From positions 1 to 62,048 of the IMG/VR virus record IMGVR_UViG_3300027856_000009: DNA of 62,048 nucleotides; one strand, given 5' to 3'. The notes under the pieces are model-generated. The model ran no database searches and was not told the DNA's origin. It saw only the letters and a list, made by a program, of their open reading frames with translations. This DNA comes from a virus (lineage: Duplodnaviria; Caudoviricetes). Of this stretch, positions 46,373-54,373 are shown in pieces. Position numbers and translations under genes: made by a program. How positions within the stretch are numbered: position 1 is the first letter of the stretch; every line of letters begins with the position of its first letter.

Positions 46373-47479
46373 TCAGGCCGCAGCGGCCTGGCGAGCCCGG
46401 TTCACGGCCAGCGTCTGGTGCTTGCCCGGCCCGAGCGAGTCGTTCCAGCCGACCGTCCCGTTGCTCCGGTGGCGGACGCTGTACGCCTGGGGCAGCAGCA
46501 GGTCCATGAGCGGCGCGAGCTTCGCGCTGCTGCTGTTCTCGACGTGGTACGTGAAGGTCGTCAGCTCCAGGTGACCGTCGTCCCCCACCAGCTTGCGCAT
46601 CTCCTGCGCGAGGTACTCGGACGCCTCCTGCATGTTCTTGAAGCCGCTCAGGAACTTGCTGTTCCAGTTGCCCTCGGTGTCGACCTCGAAGGTGGTGCTG
46701 CCGATGAGCGGAAGGATCCACGCCATGTCGGCGCACATCGCGTCGATCTGGCTCTTGCTCGGCCGCGGCCAGCACGTCGCGACGCACTCGATGCCGCGGG
46801 AGTGGAAGAGGTCCGCGACCGCCTTCAGGTCGTCGCTGTCCCAGCGCAGGGCCCACGGCACCTGGCTCGACTGCGTGTTCGACTTGTTGATCATCAGCGC
46901 GGCGCGACTGACCTGCATCCGCACGAGGTGGTCGGCGAACTCGGGCTTCTTGACGTCGTGGACCGGGTCGTCGATCCACGCTCCGACGATGACGCCCTCG
47001 GGGATGGCCTTCTGCTCCAGCCACGCGCCCGAGTAGTCGTTGCCCTTGTTGCCGCCGTGCGACAGCTCCTCGGGGATGAGCCACTCGGAGGACCAGAAGC
47101 GGATCTCCTTGCAGCCCTCCTCCACGGCCTGGTCGAAGGCCTTGTCGAGCGCCTCCTCGGGTGTATGGCCGGGCCACGTCTGGTCGTAGGCCGCGAGCCC
47201 GCAACCGATCTCCGTGACGCCCGTGTCGGGCGGGTCCGTCGGGTCGACCGGGATCAGCTCCCAGCTGTCCTTGATGGCCGTCCACGTCTCGGGGCCGCAC
47301 TTGCCGTCGGAGGTCAGCGCGTTGGCCGTCTGCCAGTCGGCCAGCTTGGTGACCGTCTCCGGCCCCCAGATCCCGTCCTCGGTCGCGCCGACGGTCTTCT
47401 GGATGAGCTTGATCTCGCTCTCGCAGTAGCCCTGCTTCTTGTTGTACGCGATCGCGTCGTTGATCTCGTCGTGCGTCAT
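46373..47479 (-). CDS. Putative endolysin: peptidoglycan-binding domain plus glycoside-hydrolase-like barrel
   Basis: IQKTVG..EDGIWGPET...WQ...L.SDGKCGPETW; later FEVDTEG and LLPQAY. Confidence 0.75.
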   Translation of the reverse strand: MTHDEINDAIAYNKKQGYCESEIKLIQKTVGATEDGIWGPETVTKLADWQTANALTSDGKCGPETWTAIKDSWELIPVDPTDPPDTGVTEIGCGLAAYDQTWPGHTPEEALDKAFDQAVEEGCKEIRFWSSEWLIPEELSHGGNKGNDYSGAWLEQKAIPEGVIVGAWIDDPVHDVKKPEFADHLVRMQVSRAALMINKSNTQSSQVPWALRWDSDDLKAVADLFHSRGIECVATCWPRPSKSQIDAMCADMAWILPLIGSTTFEVDTEGNWNSKFLSGFKNMQEASEYLAQEMRKLVGDDGHLELTTFTYHVENSSSAKLAPLMDLLLPQAYSVRHRSNGTVGWNDSLGPGKHQTLAVNRARQAAAA

Positions 47480-47706
47480 CAGACCGCTCCCCGCCAGACA
47501 CGCCGGCCCGTGTAGGTCTTCGTGGTGATGCCGTACCAGAGGCCAAGCCCGATGAGCCCGGTTGCGCCGATCGCCAGAGCCATCTTGAGCCCGCCGGCCG
47601 GAGCGGGTCCCGCGGTCTCCTCGACGGTCTCGGCGATCACCTCCTCGGTGGTGCCGAACCCGTGGAGCATCGTGCGGTGTTGCCGCCTGTAACTACGTCG
47701 TCGCAT
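47479..47706 (-). CDS. Small membrane protein (RRRSY...LHGFG leader)
   Basis: GAGGAG RBS; single TM. Confidence 0.7.
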   Translation of the reverse strand: MRRRSYRRQHRTMLHGFGTTEEVIAETVEETAGPAPAGGLKMALAIGATGLIGLGLWYGITTKTYTGRRVWRGAV

Positions 47707-47715
47707 CGTCTCTCC

Positions 47716-48135
47716 TCACACCCACCGGAACCCGAGGGTCCACATCAGAAACTCGCCTGCCTGCCGGGCCACGTGATCGATGCTCGACTGGGCCGCGAGC
47801 GTGATCAGGAATACGTGGAGCGCGGCCAGGTCGGCGAAGCGCACCTCGTACGAGTCTCTGCTCAGGCCATCCTCGCTCTGGCGCGCGGCGACCCCGATGC
47901 GCTTGGGGTCGAGCATCGGGTGTGCGCACGAGGCCTGCACGGTCGCGACCGCCTCGATGACCGCGAATACCGTGCCCACCTCCTCGGCGTCCTCGAAGAG
48001 GACGGTGTAGACCCACGGCGGCGGCACGACAGCACGGGCGCCGTCCTCGTCTGCATAACGCCAGACATGGCGCACGAACGTCGCGTAGTCCGGGACGATG
48101 CCCATCGGCACATCGAAGCGAGCTGCAGCCTTCAT
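47716..48135 (-). CDS. Hypothetical protein
   Basis: ATGA overlap. Confidence 0.65.
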   Translation of the reverse strand: MKAAARFDVPMGIVPDYATFVRHVWRYADEDGARAVVPPPWVYTVLFEDAEEVGTVFAVIEAVATVQASCAHPMLDPKRIGVAARQSEDGLSRDSYEVRFADLAALHVFLITLAAQSSIDHVARQAGEFLMWTLGFRWV

Positions 48136-48347
48136 CGGGCTCGTGCTTCCTGTCGTAGACGCACGATCTCGTGGTTGCGTGCGTTGTAGATGATGGTGGT
48201 GAGGCCGAGCAGCGCGAGTACCGGACCGGCGTAGGGATGCCCCTGGTCATTGAGCGCGAGGCCGCCCCAGATCATGAGCGGCCCGATGAAGAAGACGTCG
48301 AGCAGGCGGACGGGCTGGGACTTGACCTCGGGGTCCATGGTCACCAC
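48132..48347 (-). CDS. Small two-TM membrane protein
   Basis: KSQPVRLLDVFFIGPLMIWGG...TTIIYN. Confidence 0.7.
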   Translation of the reverse strand: MVTMDPEVKSQPVRLLDVFFIGPLMIWGGLALNDQGHPYAGPVLALLGLTTIIYNARNHEIVRLRQEARAR

Positions 48348-48673
48348 TTCGGGTAGATGCTCTTCACGTCGAGCTTCCCGTGTACGCGAGCATCTTCGAG
48401 CTTGCCCTTGTCGTCGTACTCGACGAAGGCAATCACCTGGCCCTCCTCGGTCATCGTGACCGTCTGAGCCTGGCCCGCGAAATACTCCTCGGGGTCACCC
48501 GGAAGGAGCATGTAGCCGCGCTTCATGTCGGCCTTGGCGCGTCTGTTCATCTCGTTCATCGCCCGCATGGCCGAGCCCAACCGAGCGTACTCGCGCACCT
48601 CCACGTCCTCGATGACACCGGTGGCACCCCAATGCAGCGCGTTGCGCGTCACTACGAATTGCTTGGCCATCAT
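48341..48673 (-). CDS. Hypothetical protein
   Basis: GGAGG RBS. Confidence 0.6.
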   Translation of the reverse strand: MMAKQFVVTRNALHWGATGVIEDVEVREYARLGSAMRAMNEMNRRAKADMKRGYMLLPGDPEEYFAGQAQTVTMTEEGQVIAFVEYDDKGKLEDARVHGKLDVKSIYPKW

Positions 48674-49239
48674 CCCTCCGGCGGCTGCCGCACCTTCAGC
48701 ATCACGTTGTAGGCCCGCATGACCTCCTGGAACTTCAGCTGCGCCTGCGCCTTCTGCGCTGACGTCGCGCTCGGCGGCAACCGGTCCGGGTGCCACTCCA
48801 TCGCGAGCTTGCGATAGGCCTTCTTAATCTGCTCGACGGTCGCGTCCTGCTTCACGCCGAGCACCTTCCAAGGGGGAGCCCCGGGCGGGCGTTGACGCTG
48901 CGGCTGCGGGCGGGCGCCCTGCGTCGGTGCAGTGCGGCGTGCGGCACCTTTCCCGAGGCGGGCGATCTTCTCCTTGGTGGCCAGCCAGAAGAACTTGAAG
49001 CAGTTGCGGCAGAGCCCGAATCCGTTGTCGGGATGCACCATCTCGATGTCGCCGAGCGCAAACTGGTTGCCGCAGCCCACACACGCGAACGCCTGGCGCT
49101 TGTACTCCTCCGAGAGTACTTCGACCTGCCCCGCCCGCAAGCCGGCCACGAAGCCAGACGCTTTGTGGAAGAGGCTGTCGACCGCCATGTCGACGGCTTC
49201 CTCCATGAAGTCGAGCCCGGCCGTCGGCCGCTTCGCCAT
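48670..49239 (-). CDS. J-domain (DnaJ-like) protein with Zn finger
   Basis: CVGC...CRNC; PWKVLGV...IKKAYRKLAMEWHPD...FQEVMRAY. Confidence 0.88.
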   Translation of the reverse strand: MAKRPTAGLDFMEEAVDMAVDSLFHKASGFVAGLRAGQVEVLSEEYKRQAFACVGCGNQFALGDIEMVHPDNGFGLCRNCFKFFWLATKEKIARLGKGAARRTAPTQGARPQPQRQRPPGAPPWKVLGVKQDATVEQIKKAYRKLAMEWHPDRLPPSATSAQKAQAQLKFQEVMRAYNVMLKVRQPPEG

Positions 49240-49532
49240 CAGGGCGCCTCCAGCTCCCGTGCGAGAGCAATGATGAGGAGGTCGATGTCCTCGTCCGCGC
49301 CCACTGCCAGCTCGGGAACCAGGTGACCCTCGTCCTGGCGGTAGGGGGTATCTCCGAAGATGCCCCTCATCTGGTCCGCAAACGCAACCGCGTCCCGGAA
49401 GTGTTCGAGCATGAGCTTCGCGTTGCCGCGCCGCGCCGCCCCAAGAGCTAGCTGAGCGGCCTTCCTCATCCGCTTGTTGAGGCTCTTGATTTGACGGGTC
49501 GCCCGCCTGTCGTCTTTCTGTGTCCAGGCCAT
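49239..49532 (-). CDS. Hypothetical protein
   Basis: MAWTQKDD; translationally coupled. Confidence 0.6.
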   Translation of the reverse strand: MAWTQKDDRRATRQIKSLNKRMRKAAQLALGAARRGNAKLMLEHFRDAVAFADQMRGIFGDTPYRQDEGHLVPELAVGADEDIDLLIIALARELEAP

Positions 49533-49831
49533 CACAGCACTCCAATCACGCCCGTCAGCTGGGCATAGCTTGCGCCTCCGGGCACTCCCCCGCTCCACGT
49601 GCCGCTGAGCGTATCGTACGTACCAGGCGGAAGGGGGACCCGCTCGTAGCCGATGTGGTGCGAGTAGTTCATGGGCATGCCGACGTTGAAGCCGGGTCCC
49701 CAGCCGTAGGGGGAGTACACGGCGCCCGGCGGCGAGAAGCGCTGCGAGTACGGGTCGACGGCCTGCGCGAAGAGCTGCGTCGAGGTCATCGGGGGAAGCG
49801 GTCCCATTCCGAGTGCGCGGTGGTAGCTCAC
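49532..49831 (-). CDS. Tyr/Pro/Gly-rich protein (MSYHRALGMG leader)
   Basis: GTGA overlap; leader similar to 31225..31698. Confidence 0.65.
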   Translation of the reverse strand: MSYHRALGMGPLPPMTSTQLFAQAVDPYSQRFSPPGAVYSPYGWGPGFNVGMPMNYSHHIGYERVPLPPGTYDTLSGTWSGGVPGGASYAQLTGVIGVL

Positions 49832-50076
49832 GGGAGGTCGTCCAGGTCGATGTCTCGGGAAGGCTTGCTGAGCACCCAGCCCCAGTCGTCGACGGCGTTG
49901 TCGTCGATGGGAATCGTCGCGTCGGCACCGCACTCGCGGCAGTGGCAGCGGACCTGCCAGCTGTGCTCGCCACCGTACTGGACGTGGAGGTCGTGCGGGT
50001 TGATCTCGTGGCTCTCCCCCGTCACGGGACAGACCGTCTCGTCGTCGTACGCGTACTCGGGCCAGTCTCTCGCCAT
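49828..50076 (-). CDS. Zn-ribbon small protein
   Basis: CP...H...CRECG. Confidence 0.65.
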   Translation of the reverse strand: MARDWPEYAYDDETVCPVTGESHEINPHDLHVQYGGEHSWQVRCHCRECGADATIPIDDNAVDDWGWVLSKPSRDIDLDDLP

Positions 50077-50144
50077 GCTACAGCTCCACCGTGATCTTCA
50101 TGCCGCTCGCGGCGATGTCCTCTTGATCGTCATTCGCGCTGGCA

Positions 50145-51110
50145 TCAGGCCACCTCCTCCAGTTTCACTTCGATACCGTGGCGGCGGAGCGCGTCCTCGA
50201 CCTTGTAGATCGTCCGGCCACCCTGGCCGTAGCGGCGCGGCACCACGGGCCACTCGCCGTCCCAGTCGATGAGTACGACCTCGCGGCCCTTGCGGCCGAG
50301 CGCCCGGCCATCGGTCATCGCCGCGCACAGCTCCGCCCGGATGTCGAGCGCCTCGCCGTAGGCCAGGTAGATGCCGGGGGGCATTCGCTTCAAGCGTCGA
50401 CGCGCACCGCTGGGCAGCCGCTGGGGTAACTCGGCCTCGCGAGCGGCGTTGATGGAGAATCGGACGCGCTTCACGACCGACGAGGAGGCGGAGAGAGCGC
50501 CTTCGTCGACCTCGACAGTCTCGACCACCTCCACCGGGGGAGCGGGGGGCGATTCTGCGACTGCTAGGGGCAGAACCGGCTCGGGCGCCGGAGACAGGTA
50601 CTCGATGCCCGCAGTGGGCAGGAGGGGCTCGACGGCGACCGGCTCGGGCTCGGGGGCGCAGACGGGGAGGCAGCGGCGCCGCATCTCAGCCGCGGTGATG
50701 CGCGTCAGCTCGGTGAGCCGCGACACCGCGATCATGTGCTTGCGCTCCAGCTCGCGCTCGTCGGCCTTGTGCCACTTCAGCGGCGGCGTGGCGAGGTCGC
50801 CGAGCAGTTCGGGCGCATCGACGAAGCCCTCCGACGCCAGGGCGTCCGCTGCAGCCTCACGCACCCGGCGGGCGTCGGGCAGCTGGTCGATGTCGAAGCC
50901 CAGCTCGTTCGCCAGCTCGATGAGCGACGGGGGGTAGCCGATCTCGTCGATGTTGCAGACGAAGAAGGTGCCGTCGTCGTAGCCGTAGATGCGGTCGTGC
51001 CACTGCATCCGGCGCCCCACGTACTGCAGGATGACGCTGTTGGTCGGCCGATCCGTCTTCTGGCGGATTTCGGAGCGGTACAAGATTCGTTGGCGCGGTT
51101 GTCGGGGCAT
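50145..51110 (-). CDS. Hypothetical protein (321 aa)
   Basis: Long ORF with typical codon usage. Confidence 0.7.
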   Translation of the reverse strand: MPRQPRQRILYRSEIRQKTDRPTNSVILQYVGRRMQWHDRIYGYDDGTFFVCNIDEIGYPPSLIELANELGFDIDQLPDARRVREAAADALASEGFVDAPELLGDLATPPLKWHKADERELERKHMIAVSRLTELTRITAAEMRRRCLPVCAPEPEPVAVEPLLPTAGIEYLSPAPEPVLPLAVAESPPAPPVEVVETVEVDEGALSASSSVVKRVRFSINAAREAELPQRLPSGARRRLKRMPPGIYLAYGEALDIRAELCAAMTDGRALGRKGREVVLIDWDGEWPVVPRRYGQGGRTIYKVEDALRRHGIEVKLEEVA

Positions 51111-51121
51111 GGTGTTCCGGG

Positions 51122-51239
51122 TCGGGCCACGGAAGCGAGGTCGGCACCCTCCGCTACGGGCTGGGCGCCTGGGAGGGACCTCGTCACTTGGGTGGAGTCG
51201 GATCCTCCAAAGGGGACCGGCCCCGCTTCCGTGGCCCGA
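51122..51239. ncRNA. Structured intergenic element closed by a 16-bp perfect inverted repeat
   Basis: 51122-51137 pairs with 51224-51239; internal stems 51147-52/51172-77 and 51193-97/51205-09. Confidence 0.55.
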
Positions 51240-51250
51240 AAGGCTATGAC

Positions 51251-51943
51251 CTACCTCTTCAAATGGTCAATGATCTTGTCCATCTCCGTTTCGTTAGCGA
51301 GCCAACCGCTGATCTCGACCTCGAAGAGACGGAGGTCGAAACTCGGCGGCCGAAGGACGACCGCCGTAGCCTGAATGGTGTCGCCGGGCTGCGCGTACGC
51401 GGCAAAGTTCTCGTTGGGCATCCTCGGGGTAATGGACCCGGTGCCCTGGTGGATGCTGCCCTGTCCTGCGCGCGGCGCCGTGCCGCCCGCGGTCTGCGGA
51501 TTCACGAGGTCGATGGGCACACCGGTGCCAGGCAGGTTCGTCTGGAAGTCGGTGAGCCCGCGGTTCCCGAGGTTGAACTTGAAGCCGAGGTAGGTCTTCG
51601 ACCTCGACTCGGGCACCGCCACGATGTCCTCGATCCCAATCCCCGAGTGCTGGTAGGCGCTGAACTTCACCTCACGGAGGATGATCCCCTGGTGGGTCGG
51701 CGCCTGGATAGTGGCGATGGGGACATCCCGCGGGAAGGGCGGGAGCCCCGCGGCCTGGATGGGACGCGGGTACGTGGAGAAGAACTGCCGCTGGAAGAAG
51801 AGGCGCGTGCGGCCGGGAAGCGAAAAGGTGAAGCCGTTGACGATCCGAACCGCCACCGGCGTCTTACTCGGACGCGGATACCCCTGCGGCAGCGGCGACC
51901 GCTGCGTCGGAGAGGTGTTGCCGCGTCCGTCGTGGCGTCCCAT
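51251..51943 (-). CDS. Beta-rich putative structural (capsid-associated) protein
   Basis: 230 aa with alternating beta patterns; in the capsid cluster. Confidence 0.5.
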   Translation of the reverse strand: MGRHDGRGNTSPTQRSPLPQGYPRPSKTPVAVRIVNGFTFSLPGRTRLFFQRQFFSTYPRPIQAAGLPPFPRDVPIATIQAPTHQGIILREVKFSAYQHSGIGIEDIVAVPESRSKTYLGFKFNLGNRGLTDFQTNLPGTGVPIDLVNPQTAGGTAPRAGQGSIHQGTGSITPRMPNENFAAYAQPGDTIQATAVVLRPPSFDLRLFEVEISGWLANETEMDKIIDHLKR

Positions 51944-52221
51944 CAGCCCTTCACCACCTTGACGATCATGGCGTAGGGACGGTCCTTCTCGCGACCGTTT
52001 TCGTCCTCGGTGACGCTGAACCGCACGGGCACGAGGTGGCCCCCGTGCTTGCGGCTGTACCCCAAGGACCGCTGGGCCCAGATGCTGAAAATCATGAGCC
52101 GGTCGTGCTTCGCTTTGCGCGCGTTGATGTACCTCTCCAGCGCACGCTCCGCCGGACGGAGCAGGCGGTGGCGGCTGATCACCCGCCCCCTGCCGCTCGT
52201 CATGAGAAGAAAGTGCTGCAC
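51943..52221 (-). CDS. Small basic hypothetical protein
   Basis: Coupled within the operon. Confidence 0.55.
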   Translation of the reverse strand: MQHFLLMTSGRGRVISRHRLLRPAERALERYINARKAKHDRLMIFSIWAQRSLGYSRKHGGHLVPVRFSVTEDENGREKDRPYAMIVKVVKG

Positions 52222-52226
52222 GGTGC

Positions 52227-53153
52227 CTAAACCGCGGGGCTCTGGGCCTGAAGGATTTTGTAGCCGAGCATGGTGAAGTAGAGCGTACCGCCGATCGAGA
52301 CCGACACGCGGCCGATCTCGCCAGCCTGCGTCGGATCGGGCTGCGGCACCTGACCACCCTCGGCGAAGCCGTTGGCGAGCAGCGGGTAGTTGACCTCGGC
52401 GAAGCCCAGGTCCCGCGTCAGCGTCGCCGAGAAGCGCATCGTCGAGCCACGCTCGAAGAAGTCGCTCACCGGGAGGTAGAGCGGACGGTCGAACTCGCTG
52501 AAGAGGTAGCGCGACGGGATCGGCACCTGGTTCTGACGCAGGCGATCGGTGCCCTCGTCGGCGATCTCGAACAGGAAGTCGATCAGGCCGGGGCGGAGGG
52601 TCTGCACCGTCTGCGCGCCCGCGATGGTCTGAGGACCCATCGAGCCGCCGATGTACGCACCGGCGAACGGGTCGGCGGTTGACGCCACAGGGCGCCAGCG
52701 CCCCGTCAGCGGCGTGATGACCTCGGTACCCACCGGAGGGTCGTTCGGACGCCCGCTGTTCTGGTCACCGTACGGACCGAGCGAGTACGTCTTCATCAGG
52801 AAGGCGCTCAGGTAAGTCGTGCAGACGAACGGCCCGTCCATCGACACCTGCTTGGTGTCGCTGAGCCGCTGACCGGCGACCGTGGTCGCGGGCGCGGTCG
52901 GACCGGGGATGTTGATCTGGAAGGTCTGGAAGTAGGGCACCCGCTTGCCGGGGATGTCCTCGATGTACCGGATGCGCGCGGCGGCCTTCTTCAGGGCCTT
53001 GCGGAGCTTGCTCAGCTCGATCTTGTCGTCGGCCTGCTCACCGGCCATCGCCTTGTAGCGACGCAGGAGAGCTTCCATCTGCGCCTCGACGCGCTCGGTC
53101 CGGCTCGCCATCTTGCGGAGGTATTCGGCCATCCGCGGATCATCGTTCGCCAT
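52227..53153 (-). CDS. Putative minor/second capsid protein (N-terminal coiled coil plus beta-rich domain)
   Basis: GGAGG RBS; RVPYFQTF...DGPFVC...LYFTMLGYKI pattern. Confidence 0.5.
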   Translation of the reverse strand: MANDDPRMAEYLRKMASRTERVEAQMEALLRRYKAMAGEQADDKIELSKLRKALKKAAARIRYIEDIPGKRVPYFQTFQINIPGPTAPATTVAGQRLSDTKQVSMDGPFVCTTYLSAFLMKTYSLGPYGDQNSGRPNDPPVGTEVITPLTGRWRPVASTADPFAGAYIGGSMGPQTIAGAQTVQTLRPGLIDFLFEIADEGTDRLRQNQVPIPSRYLFSEFDRPLYLPVSDFFERGSTMRFSATLTRDLGFAEVNYPLLANGFAEGGQVPQPDPTQAGEIGRVSVSIGGTLYFTMLGYKILQAQSPAV

Positions 53154-53201
53154 CTGTCAACCTCCCGGACCTGCGTCCCCTACCCGGCTCCTCGCCACTC
53201 A

Positions 53202-53362
53202 GGGATGGGCAAACCGCTCGTACCCCGAAGGGCACGGTCAATCCCACTCTTGACTCACGTCAATCGCGGCCTCTCACGCGGAACTTGGCTCCGTATCAGA
53301 GGCCGCGAGACGAGCACCGGGGGAGGGGCTGGTGCTCGCCACGCGACCCGGGTCAAACCCGG
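53202..53362 (-). ncRNA. Multi-hairpin structured RNA element downstream of the putative MCP
   Basis: Five consecutive stems including cUUCGg (53219-36) and GUGA (53250-63) tetraloops, an 11-bp stem 53264-74/53298-308 and an 8-bp stem 53311-18/53331-38. Confidence 0.6.
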
Positions 53363-53373
53363 AAGCTGGGGTC

Positions 53374-54171
53374 CTAGAGGACGTCCCTGCTGTGAATACC
53401 GTCGATCAAGTACTTGATATCTTTGGCGATATCGTCGGACCCGGGAACGGTGAGACCATCGGTGCCCTGGACACCGCTGGTGATGACGGAAGCGGGGTCG
53501 AGATCAGACACCTGACCGTTGAGCTGCTCGATGAGTGAGGCGCCCACCGTCTGCCCGATGTTCGATGCGATCGCCACGACCTGGAAACCCTGCCGCGGCG
53601 GCACGAGAATCGGACGGGCCAGGCGCATGAGCGCGGCCGAGGTCGGGACGCCGTTGTTGGCGCGCGGGAGGCGCGTGTCGGCGAAGAAGCCGTCGAGACC
53701 ACCGGCCGCGGGGGTGTACGCGGTGAAGGTGGTGAGCTGCGGCTTGTCACCCGCGATGAACTGCCAGAAGAGCTGGTTCTCCGCCTGGTGGTAGAGCTTG
53801 TGTACCCTCTGGATGCGATCCGCCGTGACGGTCCCGATGGCACCGGCGACGTTCGCGATCTGCGGCTGGCTGCCGATCGGCTGCTGCGCCGCGGCCGCGT
53901 TCGCACGGGGGCTCTCCGCGTTGAAGCGGAAGTAGGTCCAGACGCGCACCGCGAGGGTGACAAAAGTCTGGTCGCTGGGAAAAAATCCCCCAGTTGTTAA
54001 ATTGGAAACCGCGACGTCGGCTCCCTGGCGCACGAAGAGCTGCGAGCGGGACTGGACCGCTCCGAAGACACCGACGTTGCCGGCGCGCAGGTCTCCCGCT
54101 CCATCTATGCGGATGAGGGAGTCGTAGAAGGGCTGGTGAACGCGCTCGCGCGTTCCGACGATCTTGGGCAT
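53374..54171 (-). CDS. Putative major capsid protein (single jelly-roll-like)
   Basis: 265 aa, beta-rich; N-terminal QPFYDS and C-terminal YLIDG..SRDVL recalled as typical of tailless-virus capsid proteins (unverified); flanked by structured UTRs. Confidence 0.5.
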   Translation of the reverse strand: MPKIVGTRERVHQPFYDSLIRIDGAGDLRAGNVGVFGAVQSRSQLFVRQGADVAVSNLTTGGFFPSDQTFVTLAVRVWTYFRFNAESPRANAAAAQQPIGSQPQIANVAGAIGTVTADRIQRVHKLYHQAENQLFWQFIAGDKPQLTTFTAYTPAAGGLDGFFADTRLPRANNGVPTSAALMRLARPILVPPRQGFQVVAIASNIGQTVGASLIEQLNGQVSDLDPASVITSGVQGTDGLTVPGSDDIAKDIKYLIDGIHSRDVL

Positions 54172-54185
54172 GTTACTGATCTCTC

Positions 54186-54347
54186 CCCTGGGGCTCCATC
54201 ATGGTTTCTTCCCCCAGGATCTTCGCAGTCGCCGCTATCAACTGCATCCCCGCTGATCGATGGACAGTCTCTCAGATTGAAACTGCCCCCGCAACCCGAA
54301 ACCTCCCAGCGGTAGGAGACTTTCACCCGTCAGCTATCGGGTTGCGG
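54186..54347 (-). promoter_or_regulatory. Structured 5' leader of the putative MCP gene
   Basis: 11-bp stem 54289-99/54337-47; 9-bp stem 54263-71/54279-87 whose G-U pairs form only on the minus strand; CCTGGGG/CCCCAGG stem next to the RBS. Confidence 0.5.
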
Positions 54348-54373
54348 AGTGACTTTGTTCTGTGCTCCTGGAG

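Noticed and set aside
51122-51239. tRNA
   Set aside because: Closing stem too long; no T-loop or D-loop consensus and no CCA end
54289-54347. Hammerhead-ribozyme-like CUGA...GAAA on the minus strand
   Set aside because: Core reads CUGACGG not CUGAnGA, stem II is absent, and four extra nucleotides separate stem I from the core; kept only as generic structure
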